Source: Kudoa neothunni (Eukaryota; Animalia; Cnidaria). Taken from it: a DNA stretch of 64,000 bases. The translations under genes were made by a program, and so were the position numbers. Numbering within the stretch: position 1 is the first letter of the stretch; every line of letters starts with the position of its first letter. Of this stretch, positions 50,001-63,000 are shown in pieces. The notes under the pieces are model-generated. The model was not told where the DNA came from. It ran no database searches and saw only the letters and a program-made list of their open reading frames with translations. Location of the stretch: assembly GCA_964304625.1 (NCBI GenBank), contig OZ199839.1, forward strand, positions 3,133,223 through 3,197,222, in the 5' to 3' direction.

Positions 50001-50460
50001 ATTTAGCCGATATTCGTGTTAACTATGATCTCAGATGGTCTGATGATGCTTTTGATATATTGCCAATGAAAAACGTTAACCAGTATGAGTACTGCGATTT
50101 CATTATTAGCTCCAACGAGAAATCTAATAAAGATAGAAAAACTAAATTATTATATGTTGATAAATGCAACAAAAAAGTTAGGACGCTTCGAGGACTGTAT
50201 GATGAAAATCACATCTCAGTGTACAACAGAATGCGACTGCTTTTCAAAACTTCCTTCAACATATGTATGCAATAATTATATTACTGCGATTAAACTAAGA
50301 CTTAACTATTCGGGATTATTATTCTACTAATAAGTTTATATAACAGCATAACAAATGGATTCAATCCCCCCAAAATAAAGGTTTATCTATGATTCTTAGG
50401 TAAAAGCGTAAATCAATTTTAATAGAAAATCGGTTGAGCTTTAATTACTTGATAACGTAA
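47064..50460 (+). CDS. Orphan secreted/surface modular protein (multi-exon)
   Basis: Signal-like start MKISFVVDVVFIAFLSISYSRA. Long open exons join at phase-1 GT-AG introns (48100-48149, 48411-48451, 48740-48784, 49610-49667, 49959-50004). No family recognised; ends uncertain. Confidence 0.7.
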
Positions 50461-50572
50461 TCGAAAAATCAGGATGGGTAGTTTTATGAAACAAGACTTA
50501 TTCTGTTTACACGTTTTCAAATAAAAAGCACATATTTGTAGAGATATACGAAGCATTATCCTTTATCCACTA

Positions 50573-51140
50573 TCTACTACATATATAAAGTTGAAGTGCC
50601 CCTGTCAGCAAGTATGCACTAGCGTCAAAATTTTTTCCTTATATGCTTTATTAAATGATGATTAACTATTGCTATCTGACTTTGTATATAAATCTAGTGT
50701 GTAAATTTAGGTGTTCGTGCAAATACACTCGTTATTTGTGGAGTTTTGATGTACTCGACCTGATAAGTATATTTTAAAAGTTCTATTCGTTGTTTTAGTT
50801 ATGGGAAAAAGTCTATATTTGCATCATTAATAGCGATTTGGTAAGGAATTCTATAATCAGATAGATTGAAGCTTTATAATACAAACACCATGTTCGTAGA
50901 TATCATTGAAATCGTCCGCGATGTTTTTAACTTTTAATGATTAAATTCAATGCAGATGGTTGTAATCTTACTCCCTTTAATTATATAAATTATTTATGCC
51001 GTGCCAAGCGATGATAATTTTAGCAATATCAAGAAATTCTCATACGTTTTCTTCTCTCTATTACTTTTTCTATTTTTGTATCTCTTAAAAAGTTAGTGGT
51101 CACACAGTTACCCAGCCGGGTCAGAATTCGACTTTTAAAA
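50573..51140 (+). mobile_element. Helitron, 3'-truncated
   Basis: 5' end A|TCTACTACATATATAAAG. Internal homology to 61720-62050 and 17880-17960. Confidence 0.7.
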
Positions 51141-52240
51141 ATAAACGTGCTGTGTGATTGCCCTAAAAAATTTCTTTGTATTGAACTATTCTTAGATTAA
51201 CGAAAACTTGGTGGAAACATCGGTTAGATCGAATAAACCAATAATTTCGTATTAACTTACATGGCACGCGTTGAGAAAGGACTGTCTTTTTATGCAGCTT
51301 TTATATCATAATGAATTAATGAGAGCCTAAAGAAAACAGTATATTGATTTAAATATTAACCTCAAGGTCTGGGGTAAGGAATAATTAGGATACATATAGA
51401 GACTCAAATTATGTGTTTTATTTAAAATGATCATAATCTATTTTGCTTAACTATATCCATAATGCTCGAAAAGAGAAAATACATACTAAATAACTTGCTT
51501 ATGCTTCAAATTTTAAGGGAAATGCGACAACTCTTGTAGATGTGACGTTAATAGTTTTATTTGTCTCAAAAGTACTCTGAACAGGCATATATAAAATTTT
51601 TGGAATATTCTATACCATAACTAAGAGACTTTTTTTCTATATAGTGAGTAAAAGTTCATTTTATTTGGCTATCAATCTGAAGTAAACAAATATCAATATT
51701 GTTCAGGTATTTTTTAATCTGCTATTTGTGAAGACAACCAGAAAATTCCTTACTTCGGACTGTGTTATTGACTATATTTATACTTCTAAGTGAATGATCG
51801 ATTTTCGTTAATGGTTTTATCTATTCAAATACAAACTTACAACTATATTTAAAGAAAGTTTCTCCGTGGCACATGCGTATTTCCTGCGAACTGAAACACA
51901 CGGACAGACATAAGAACTTCATTATGTATACAGAATAGATATAGATATAAATGATTTACTAAAAGATAAAATATGAGTGAATATATTTTAGTTTATGATT
52001 AATCGTCAAAATTGAATAACATTATTTAAAATATGATAATTCATTTATGTTCATAAGAATGATTTCGAAATTGTTGGACAACAAGAAAAAGTTTTTCGAG
52101 ATATTTTACAAAAAATAATCAATTCCATGTAAATACAAATCAAATAAATTTTATTCCTAGACAATGTTATTTGCTAACTTAAAAATAGTATTAGAAATAC
52201 ATTGAAAAGAGTTTATCTACAAAATATTTTTATTTTTATA

Positions 52241-53621
52241 TAGGGTTTTCCGAGCTTTAGTGACAAGTGCGTAATTTAAGCTTATAATTAAGTTCGCATT
52301 GTAAATTAATCGAATAAAAATAATATGAGTGGTATAAATTTAACATTACACGTTAGTTTAATATTTATGAACTTTAAAAACAGATAATAGCGACGATTCT
52401 CAAATGACAACTCGTACCAAATTTAAGAGATAAACAATAAATGACCGAGATAGGAAAATGATTGCTAATCAGTGCGAATGGGGTTACAGCAACGCCGTCA
52501 TCGTTGAAAATGTTGGAATATAGCGACAAACTGTTGCTCCAATTGTAAAATCATATCTTCTCGACGGGAAAGAAAAGTCATTAAAAAGGGGTGGTGACTT
52601 GTCTTCAAAACTCAATGAAGATCAAAAGTTGAGGATTAGAAGTTGGGTGGATGAGGAAGCCACCATTACCCTTAAGACTCTTCGTCAAAAATTATTGGAC
52701 GAATGTGGCGCGCGTGTTAGCGTTAGCACAATAAATAGATGCCTTAAAGAACGCCATTATTCTTTAAAAATGCTCACCATTGTTCCTGAACGAAGAAACT
52801 CTAACGATACGGTGGAAAAACGTTTTGTGTACGCCCAAGAGTTCAATTAAAAATTGCTTGAGGCAGAAGGCAGCAACTTTGTTTTTATTGGCGAAGTTGG
52901 TTTTAATGTATCGTCACGTACAAGACAGGGTCATTCGCTTGCTGTTACATCAGCATATGTAAACGTAAAAGCCGTCAAGTTAAGGAACATATCCGTCATC
53001 GCAGCGATGAATAAGTATGGCATGGTGCTATATAAAATAAATCGGAGACCAGTAAATGGCGAAGATTTTAAAGAGTTCCTCATTGAGTTGGCAGATTTGT
53101 GCCGTTCTTTGGAAATTGAAGATCCATGCTTCATACTCGATAATGCAAGGACACATCATTATCGGGGAATTAGCGAAATTTTAGCAACGTTACAACTAAC
53201 GTTGATGTATCTACCTCCGTATTCACCCTTCATGAATCCAATTGAAAATGTTTTCAGCAGATGGAAAAACCATGCTGTGAGAGGACAAGCGAGAAATGAA
53301 AGCTACCTTTTAAATTTAATAGACGATGGTTTCAAAGTTATTACCACCAACGACTGCTCAAGTTATTATCGAAAAATGCTTCGATATATCAGCAGATGTT
53401 TGAACCGAGAAATTATTCTAGAATAAGTATAAATTATACAATAGTGTTTGGATATCTTTTTCAAATTCCCAAAATTATTATTTTTTGTTCATTCGAAATT
53501 TAAGGTAATATTTTCGTATTTTTTAACCTAATTATATAGCTATCTTAAATACCTTGTCACTAAAGCTTGACACAATGTCACTAATGCTTCACATGATGTC
53601 ACGAAAGCTCGGAAAACCCTA
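52241..53621 (+). mobile_element. IS630/Tc1 DD34E transposon, intronless, three nonsense codons
   Basis: TIRs tagggttttccgagcttt(a/c)gtgaca with TA TSD and three subterminal tgtcac.aa.gct repeats at the right end. Single frame ~52404-53426. First catalytic D is mutated (FIGEVGF); LDNARTH and YSPFMNPIEN are present. Confidence 0.93.
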
Positions 53622-55140
53622 TAATAAAAAGTTAGAAAATAAATAAAAATATATAATTGTAATTTCATTAAACTGGCCATTTACATAATTTTATCAAAAA
53701 ATATCATTTATGCGAAAATAAATTATTTTGAACCAAAACGACCTTAACCATGTATTTTAAATTATTTTAACTTAAAAAATAGTTCTATTTTATATGTTGA
53801 ATAATAACGAATATACAGAAAAATAGCTGTGTACACGGACGATTGGTGCATTATTGGTTGCAACATTTAGCAAGCAATTTATTATAATTTTGAATGGATT
53901 AAGTACTATCAGTTTCTCACGACTTATTTTGTTTCCCTGCAGCTTTTCAGTATGTTAAATAAATAGGGATCTTAAAAAATAATATGGTTGACTTACTGCA
54001 TTAAAATATTCTCCTAATTATAATTCTTGTTGATTTTATTTACTTTTTACCCCTCATTAAAAAATAAAGAATAAGTTAGAATATGTTAAATATTAATGGA
54101 ATTATTTCTCAGAAAATGTGCTAAATATACTTTAAAACTCTTTTATTATATTTCAAATCAGTTAAAATTAAGAATATTAAAACATAAAATTTTGTATATT
54201 ACCTTTTTGAAGTCTTATTAATCTCAATCATGTCGTATCCATCTTCTTTTCTATAAAGTCAAACAATTCTATATTCCTCTTAAAAAACAAAACAAATTAT
54301 TCGTTTGTCCATTTAATTCTATTTCTGATTGCCATACGTTTATCAGAGTAAATTGGCATTGGAAATTTACTCAACTTAACCAAGCACCATTCAAAATATT
54401 CTGGTATTCCCTTGAAGAATCTCGTTGCTCTTATGGAGATCATTGTTGAAACTGACCTTGGAATATCTTTTAAATAAAATCATAATTTTCAAATATTTTA
54501 TTGGTGAAATATACGAAGGAAAACAATTTTGAAAATTTTCGCTCGGTAGGCCCTATCTAATTGAATTCCAGTTAAAGTAGGTCTCCATCAGATGAATCGC
54601 TCTTAATTTAATCGAAATGAAATACTTTATAATAGATTATGTTTATCGGCAATATTTTTAAATTTTGTCGATCTTAAATCTCAATTATGATGCGTTAAAC
54701 TGTTCAAAAACCACGATCTCAAATTGTCATTAAAAATTATTGGAATTAATTAGCACAAAAACACAACATATATACCATTAATATTATTGAAAATCTATCG
54801 TATATACTCATGGATTTGTCGCGTCTTTTTATTGAAGGAAGTTTTTGTAAAAAGCGCGGCCGATCTACGTGCAAATTAGGTCGGTAATCTTTGAAATAGT
54901 TTTAAATTTAAATTATAAGCAATTTTTAAAGTTATATTTAATTAAATAATGATGTATAGGAGTGGAACGGAGTTAACGTGATGGCAAGTCATATATTTCC
55001 CACTTCTGGATTAAACAATATTTTATTAGCTAGTGTGACAAGACCTATCCAACTATGTCATCTCGACCCTTGAATTTATATTTTTAAATCAAGAAAATTC
55101 AAAATAAATTATTTTATAACATTGTTTTATACATGGTAAA

Positions 55141-57265
55141 ATGCATGTTAACAACGAATACTTTTCGACATTGTTCTTTCTCATAATCCGTTAACTTATT
55201 ATATTTATATATTTCATTATTTTAATTTTTTTCTATATTTATACAAGTAGATATCTAAATTAATAATTAATTTAGTGAAGGATGAAATAATTACTGGGAT
55301 TCGCTATCATGATAATAAGATATACATACGTAACAAATACCAAGATAGAAAAAATGTCAGATGCAAAATTAACATTCAAACTACACAGAAGATTGAGTAA
55401 ACAATAATCAATCAATATTTTATGATTTATATTGATTTATTTAGGGACAATCCGTCATGTGATAATGTAACGATTCCTATTGGTAATTACAAACTTTATA
55501 CATTAGGAATATCAGCCAATGAAAATGAACAAACGTACCATATTGTTCCATGTAGTTATATAGAATCATAGTCACAAATTTAATCTCATATAGTTCCGTT
55601 TCCTTTTATTTATGGTTACGAATTGGAAAATTCAAATTTAAAACGTTATCATCAGAATTCCCCCATATATAGATTCGATTGTTATTCTGCCGGAAAATAT
55701 TCTGATAGAACTAAACTTGAAGTAATGCGAAAAAAAACTAATATACCTTTGAATAATAAAAAAGATTGTGAATACATCAACTCCATTGTTCACAAAACTT
55801 TTGTAGCACATGACACGCTGGCCTTAATTCTTTTGAAATTAGAAAAAGATCAGGAAAACACATTGGTTATTTTATGTATTTACTTAGGAATGTGTTGTAG
55901 TAATGCAGTTGTTGTTAGACCCAACGGAAAAAGATTTTATATTAAAATCTTTAGACGGTTATGTTTACTATGAGAATGTATACAAACGACGGAACACAAA
56001 CTCTGTAACCCATAAATGGTACACCAAAAGAGAAGATGGTGTAATCACAGAGGTTGATCCATCGAAATTAAAGACAATCACCATGAGGAACGTGAATTAT
56101 ATCGCCCTTAAACCCGAACTGAATACCGATTATCAAGTGACCGTATCAAACAATGGAATGGTTCAGTTTATACTCCACTTTTACCCCGAGAAAGAATTTG
56201 TAAGTTGTTAATACCTTTATGTGATAAATATTTTAGATTTTATCATTAAAAATTTTAGATTAAACTTAATTCTGATTAACAATACTGCTACGTATGTAAT
56301 TAATAAATTTTGTCCTTCATGTAAAATTAATTGTAAGTAAATATCTAATAATTTTATTATTAATTAAAAAATTTTAATTATTTTTTACACCCATATCAAA
56401 ATCATAAACAATTACAACAATTAGGATGGCATTACGGTCACCACAATTGAACAAGATAAGTTCACATCTCAAATCAATATCATCTGCAATAGCTCAAATC
56501 AGTGCTCGACCAAATATATTAAATACTTAAAGTTTAAAAATGGACGCTTTCAAGAAAATATTGAGCTAAACAAAAACTTTCATTGCAAAAAACGGCGCTC
56601 ATCTCACCATAACGAAAAACGTCTGTCCTATCACCTACTTCGTCCATCCAAATGAGATAATACGACTTTGTTTGGTAGAGAATGAAGCGACAGTTTCGTG
56701 CCAAATATACAAATCTAGTAATTGCTATACTCAATTGTTTGATTTATGACTGACATTATTTATCGATTTTAAGAACATCAAATGAAATTCTTCCGATCGG
56801 TTTATTTTGGAAAAAATAAACGAGAATTTGAAATCACGTCAGACTCCGATGATAAAACCACTTGCATCTGCACTGCTATTAATGGTCGTGAAAGAAGCCA
56901 ATTATGGGATCCTTTCCAATGCAAACCGTTGCAAAAAGATTTCGATTTAGGCTGTGATGAAATAAAAACACACACCGAAATAAAAGATGGAGAGATGATT
57001 GTCAACATAGAAAACAAGGCTGAGTTTAATGGAAAGATACAACAGATCATGCCTTCAAGTTATCAAAGTAAATTCCTTTACATTTTCACTGGCATTACGC
57101 ATTACAGTCGCACCAGTGTAAGGTGTGAGAGCAAGTACAGTAGGTAGCCAATTTTTCTCAATTCTTTGAAAACAATACATACCTTCAAAATAATAAATGA
57201 GCTGTATTTTTGTTTTTATTTTAAAATAGTATCTTATTACTATAATGTCATTGGAATTAAAATAA
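55141..57265 (+). CDS. Orphan multi-exon modular protein
   Basis: Series of open exons (55275-55395, 55445-55551, 55593-55875, 55901-56199, 56773-~57142) bounded by GT-AG. Cys-containing, beta-rich composition. No family recognised. Confidence 0.6.
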
Positions 57266-57703
57266 GGTTAAAAATAGCCAAAATCAAAATCACATGATTA
57301 ACCAGTTTTTCGTAGTTTGTTTGGGCGGGTATTGTCTAACCTTTCGAGCACCTCAAAATCGACTATACATTCGTTGTTTTTTCAATGTGTGACTAAATTT
57401 GGTCTAAAATTAGGGCATAATGATTAATACAACAAAATATCCGTCCTTTATGAGGAGACGAAAATTAATTCTATACTGCAATTTAAAAGTCTATAAATTA
57501 ACATACGCAATGCAATTTTAAAATACAATAATGAGTTATATTAGAACCTCCAATATACGTAGGTTAGAACTGTCAACAAATTCAATTATTAGACATCTGG
57601 TTTCTGGATCACCACATTAATGATAGGATTCGATTAAATGAAAGAGACCTAACAAAACAAGGATTGCAAACATGTCTCTCGCAAGCCGCATGAGGTCCTT
57701 TAA

Positions 57704-58820
57704 CCCTCCCGGGATGGCGCGCGAAAAAATCACATGCGTTCCGGTGTGGGATGGGGTTCCGCGATACCTCATAAGTTCTCTATTATAATAAATTTATTGC
57801 GCAATGTAATGAAAATCACAACAAATAAAAGTTTGTGAATATCTTATTGAATCACTTGAAATTTAATTAAACGTAAATTTTTCCGGAAAAATCTAAAAAA
57901 TCCGTTAAACATTAAGATAGAAAATATGACGAAAAATTTTTTAAACTATTTATAGATGAGTTTATACAAGCACCAGGCATTAGCCCTTCTGAGTCCACAT
58001 GCCCCGAATGTTTCGGCAATCCCAAAAATGTATCAAACGTCTTTTGTGTACTGTTGTCGTTCTCATTGTTTAAATCTGAATAATATATTTTCATTGATTT
58101 CTTCAATTAAGAAGAATCTACTAAAGGACCTGCCTTAGTAGTAACAAAATTGAATGGTTTAGTTCGGTCCCTGACTTTATCACAAAAATCTCACCTAAAC
58201 CCAGATTTCAATGTTCATGCATCATTCGATTTAGACTTTTCACCGCAATCATACTTAGATCCCGAATCACATAAAGATTCCAACGTATCATTTCACCATG
58301 ACGCATCCTACACTGAGTCTTTAAACTCCATCTCACTACCCACCACTTCACTCTCGTTAATATCAATCGTTAAGTTATCCGATTCATCCTTACGACGCAT
58401 AACTCAATAAAATATTACTTAAATTATCGTAATATAAATTCTTCTTGTGTTACTATTGAGTAAAACCATTTGATATTAACACTGATCCTCTTAAGTCTCA
58501 TGATCACTCAGTGAAATTTAAAAACAACACAAAATTTGGAAATATATTACATATGTAACATAATAATGTCATACTAAATATATTTACTCATGTTCACGAA
58601 TATTCTTTACACCTTACTCAATTGGATGGATTCTAAACCATTTATATTGTGCATCCCACTAAAAAACGCATTTTCCAAAACATCCGTGTATTAAAAACTT
58701 TAACTAATACTATAAATCAATTATAAATCTCACACTTGAAGATTAGTTGAGCCCTTTAACGTGTCACATTGTCATTTATGGTGCAAAACTAAAAATAATC
58801 TGAAATGGGGTTCGGGAGGA
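57704..58820 (-). mobile_element. Non-autonomous piggyBac element inserted in a hAT-MITE-like sequence
   Basis: TTAA|CCCTCCCG ... CGGGAGGA|TTAA. Acidic N-terminal-like remnant on the minus strand. Left flank caaggattgcaaac..gccgcatgaggtcc resembles a hAT MITE start. Confidence 0.8.
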
Positions 58821-60014
58821 TTAATGTCAGAAGGACAGCTTTCCATCTTATGTGTATAATATGAGGTACTATACCTAGGTTTGAAACGAGAGAAATTGTA
58901 TAATTCCTAGTCGCTGAATTCATTTTCTTTTTTATTACTTTCAAGTTAAATACAGAAAGAAAAAGGTCAGCAAATGTAAGTAACGTATAAATATTACGAA
59001 TTCCTCATAAAATAAAGTCCAACACACCCATGATAATTAACGAGACACAATAACTCTAAATTTTCTCAGTTTTTTCTACGTTTTTAAATTATAAAATGTT
59101 TTTATCGCCATTCAAAATTTCTTTTTAATAAAAAAGTTATTATTCAACCGAAACGCCCTAAAAATAAACTTTTCGAGTTCTACACAAATACATCTAGTTT
59201 ATATGCTCAACTTTTATAAACCTTTAAATTAGACCTATGGATGTGTTGATAGATTTTCTAGTTTAAAAATTTTTCTTAGTAAAATTTAAATTTTAAGTGC
59301 TTTATGTAATTACCGGAGAAGTTATTAAAAAAATGATAATAACCATATCAAATATTCTTAATTTCAAACATTTATTACAATATTGAAACGTGATAAAAAT
59401 ATATTTGTTTTCTAAGATTTTTATTTTGAGTTATTGTTTGTTAATTAAAATGCATCCAAAGGCGATATAAACAAATTCATATTATGCATGCATACGCCAA
59501 AATACGTGAGAGTGGTTAAATAATTAATTTCACGCATTTTCATCCCGGCCTTGAAGGAATTAATTAAAGAGGTTACCTATTGTATTCCAAAAATGATATT
59601 AATTTTACTTCCCCTGATCAAAATTATCAATAATACTCGTTTACAAAAATTCGAATTGTTTCCTTCTGAGTTAATTGACTATATATTTTTAATGGCTTGA
59701 AAGGAGGTTTTAATGTATAAGATTCTGAATTTTCGGCGAAGTTGCGCAATTCTTGCTAAATTTTAATATAATCATGTGAAATATTCTTTTTTAATATTGC
59801 AATTAATAAACGGAATATTAAAAATTTTCACCTTATTCAGGAAGAATTATCAGTTGTTTTAATATTATTTCATATATTGTTGATTTAGAAATTGCAAAAA
59901 TAATATCTTCTTGTATTAAAATTTAAAACTCTATTATGAATTGTTTTTACGTATAAAACTTATTATTTTTATATTTAAAAACAAAATCTATTCCAACTTT
60001 TAAGTTATATTCAG

Positions 60015-63000
60015 GAAAATAATGTCGAACTAAAGTTAGCAGTATCTATATGAAGAATTTTTACTATTCATTCTTACATCCATGAATTAATTTTGATTAC
60101 AAAAATAAATTATTGGGATAATTATGACACAGATTCTAAATGTAAGAGTTTAATTTGAAAAATTAACACTAATTATGAGCGTGAATAAACAAAATTGATA
60201 GAAAAATTAATGAATATATATTTATAGGAATAATAAAAGAGTATAAAATTATTTTGTCAATATCTTCTAATTATTCATTGGTGCGACTGACATATGTGGA
60301 TTTGGAACTAATAAATTATGTTCATAGAAACGTTCTCAAAATTAAATAATCATAAGTTGGCATACTTCTACAATCAAAATAGAATCATCATAAATTCAAA
60401 CAAAGAGTGTATATACACCGTGCCAGACTCCAATATTCAATTGCCTGGGACTTTGAAAAATACATTAGGCGTTAATACAATCAATCAGCCTTATGTATTA
60501 AATGAAGATGTAAACAAAGATTCTTGTCCCTCACCAGAAATAACTCATTTACCTAATGCCGATATTACGATTTCTCTGGAGATTGAAAACAATAATTACA
60601 ACTTTCAAATGAAAAGTATGATATATTTATATGCTTTTATTTTTTATTTTATTATTTTAGCTCACAGAAATATTATTCTTGAATTTTTCAATGCAAACAT
60701 TATAAAAGAGACAATATATTTTGATGGAGTTATAAACAAACAGATAAATTATAAACAAAGGTTTAGCTGTCCAGTGGATACTATTTATTATGAAAATGGC
60801 GACAAAAAAATAAAACATGCAGTTTTCAATCTTGAAATCACGTGTGAAAATAATTCTTGTACTGCAATCCCCCAAAAAATTACCAAAACCAAAATACATG
60901 GATACCAATTTTCATTTGATTTTCTAAATCGCCATATAAAATTAAACAAGGGTAATTTTAATATATTAATAATAACATGTTTTAGCATTTTCACTATTTT
61001 AGTTCCAACGATAATTGACGTTGATATATTTCCCACAAAAATAATTAACCATCGTCAAATTGTGTACAGTATCAGTCAGCCACATAAAATGATAATTTTA
61101 AATGAATTATTATACGATTACTCTCAAAAAGAATGTTACAAGAGCAAAAATAAACACATCTTATGCAAAAACAAAAAATGCGTGGATACAATAATCTTCG
61201 AATCTGATTGTCAGCATCCAGCCATATTAGTAATACACTCAGAAAAAATGGCTTTGTTGAAAAAGGAATTAAAAAGTAAGAGTTTATTTTCGTGATTATC
61301 CAAATCAATTATACCATTTTGTAATTTTCATTGTTAATTATTACAAGAATATTATTTATAAAAAAAAATATTACATACTTACTAAAAATTCATTCTCCAA
61401 GTTTGACTATTTAAAATACTGTAATCTACTTCTACTATATATTTAAAGCTGAAGTCTCCGTGTGTGTGTGTCAGTAAGTACGCATGTGCGTCAAAATTGT
61501 TTTCCTTATAGAGAGACATTTATGAAATTTTTTAATAGTGTCAATATTTCAAAAAATCTTTAAATCGTTTTTAAACTACCAAATGTTCCCAAAATGTTCA
61601 GAAAATGGTGATCGTGTCGATTCAAAGTTTGTTTATCGGATTACTTGAGTTCAACAATATGATTAACACTTGCTTATGACATGACCTGCTGATTGTCGGT
61701 TGAAGTTAATTCTCCCCTTTATATGCTTTATCAAATTTAAATTAAGCGATATCATCTGACTTTTTATATAATGTTAACATGTACATTTGGATGTTTGGAC
61801 AAATTCACTCCTTATTTGTGGAGTTTTAACGTATTTGACTTGATAAGCATACTTTTAAGTTTCCATTACCGGTTTTGGATGCAACAATAAGTCTATATTT
61901 GTTTCATTAATAGCGAATTAATTATGTATGTGATCATCAGATAGATTTAAGCTTTAGAATAAACGCACTGTGTCTTTAGATTTAGTTGAAATCATTCGCT
62001 AAGTTGAACTTTCAGTGATTAAATTCAATGCAGATAGTCGTATTTTTACTTCATCCGATTATTCAAATTATTTTTCTTGATACTAACGCGATTTGTATGT
62101 GTTCTTGAGAAAGAGCGCACTAAACTAAAATCTATGCTATGTCGGGCCAAGAGATATTAATTTTAGTAATAAAAATCAATTATCGAATATTTTCTTCTAT
62201 CTCTTTATATTTTTTAACCACTCCCAACAAACATGGAGACAACATTCTGATCTGGGCCAAAAATAACGTTTTAGATAACATTTCAGGGGAATTTACATAC
62301 TTCTGGAATATGAAACAATATGGCACTGAACATAAATTATTTAGCGTTGGTGTTGGGCCAGGAAATTTTTAAATGAACGCCGGAATTGGTACACTTTTTC
62401 ACAGAAATTATCACAATTTAAATTTCATCTTCATTTCGTTAAAATATATTTAAAAATTTTTTTAATTTGACTGCATCTACAGTTTAATTTGAAATATTAA
62501 AATCTTTGTTGAGTGTTAATAAGAAATTTTTCAGTGCTAAATACCCTCAAGCAACGCTGGGCAGTTCCTGCTAGTCTTCTATTATATAAAGCAAACCGGT
62601 AATCCGTGTGTGTACGCATTTTTCATTCTTTATAGATAAATATATCGCTCCATTTGAGCGCACGTATGGAATGATAAAATTTTATTTTAACACAGAAAAA
62701 TACGTAAAAAATTATAAAAGGTTTGCATTCTGCAATATGACAAAAAATATTATCACGTGATATGATTGATATGATTAGAGGATTAACGCAATCATATAGA
62801 TCATTTCGTTAAAGTTTTAAAAAGTTAATTTTGAACGTACCATAGTGTTAATTTTACCTTAAAATTATTGAAAAGTAATTTGGTAATTGAATTAGTTCAA
62901 ATAAGGAAGGCGATATTAGGTTATGTAGCCAAGCAAAATATGAAATTCATATGTTGATGTTTAACAAGATTAGTCATATTTTTTATGGTATGATTTAGAG

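Noticed and set aside
52404-53426. TAA/TAG reassignment suggested by three in-frame stops without frameshift
   Set aside because: Host ELP2 terminates at TAA at the expected position, and the element also has a mutated catalytic Asp, so this is ordinary decay.
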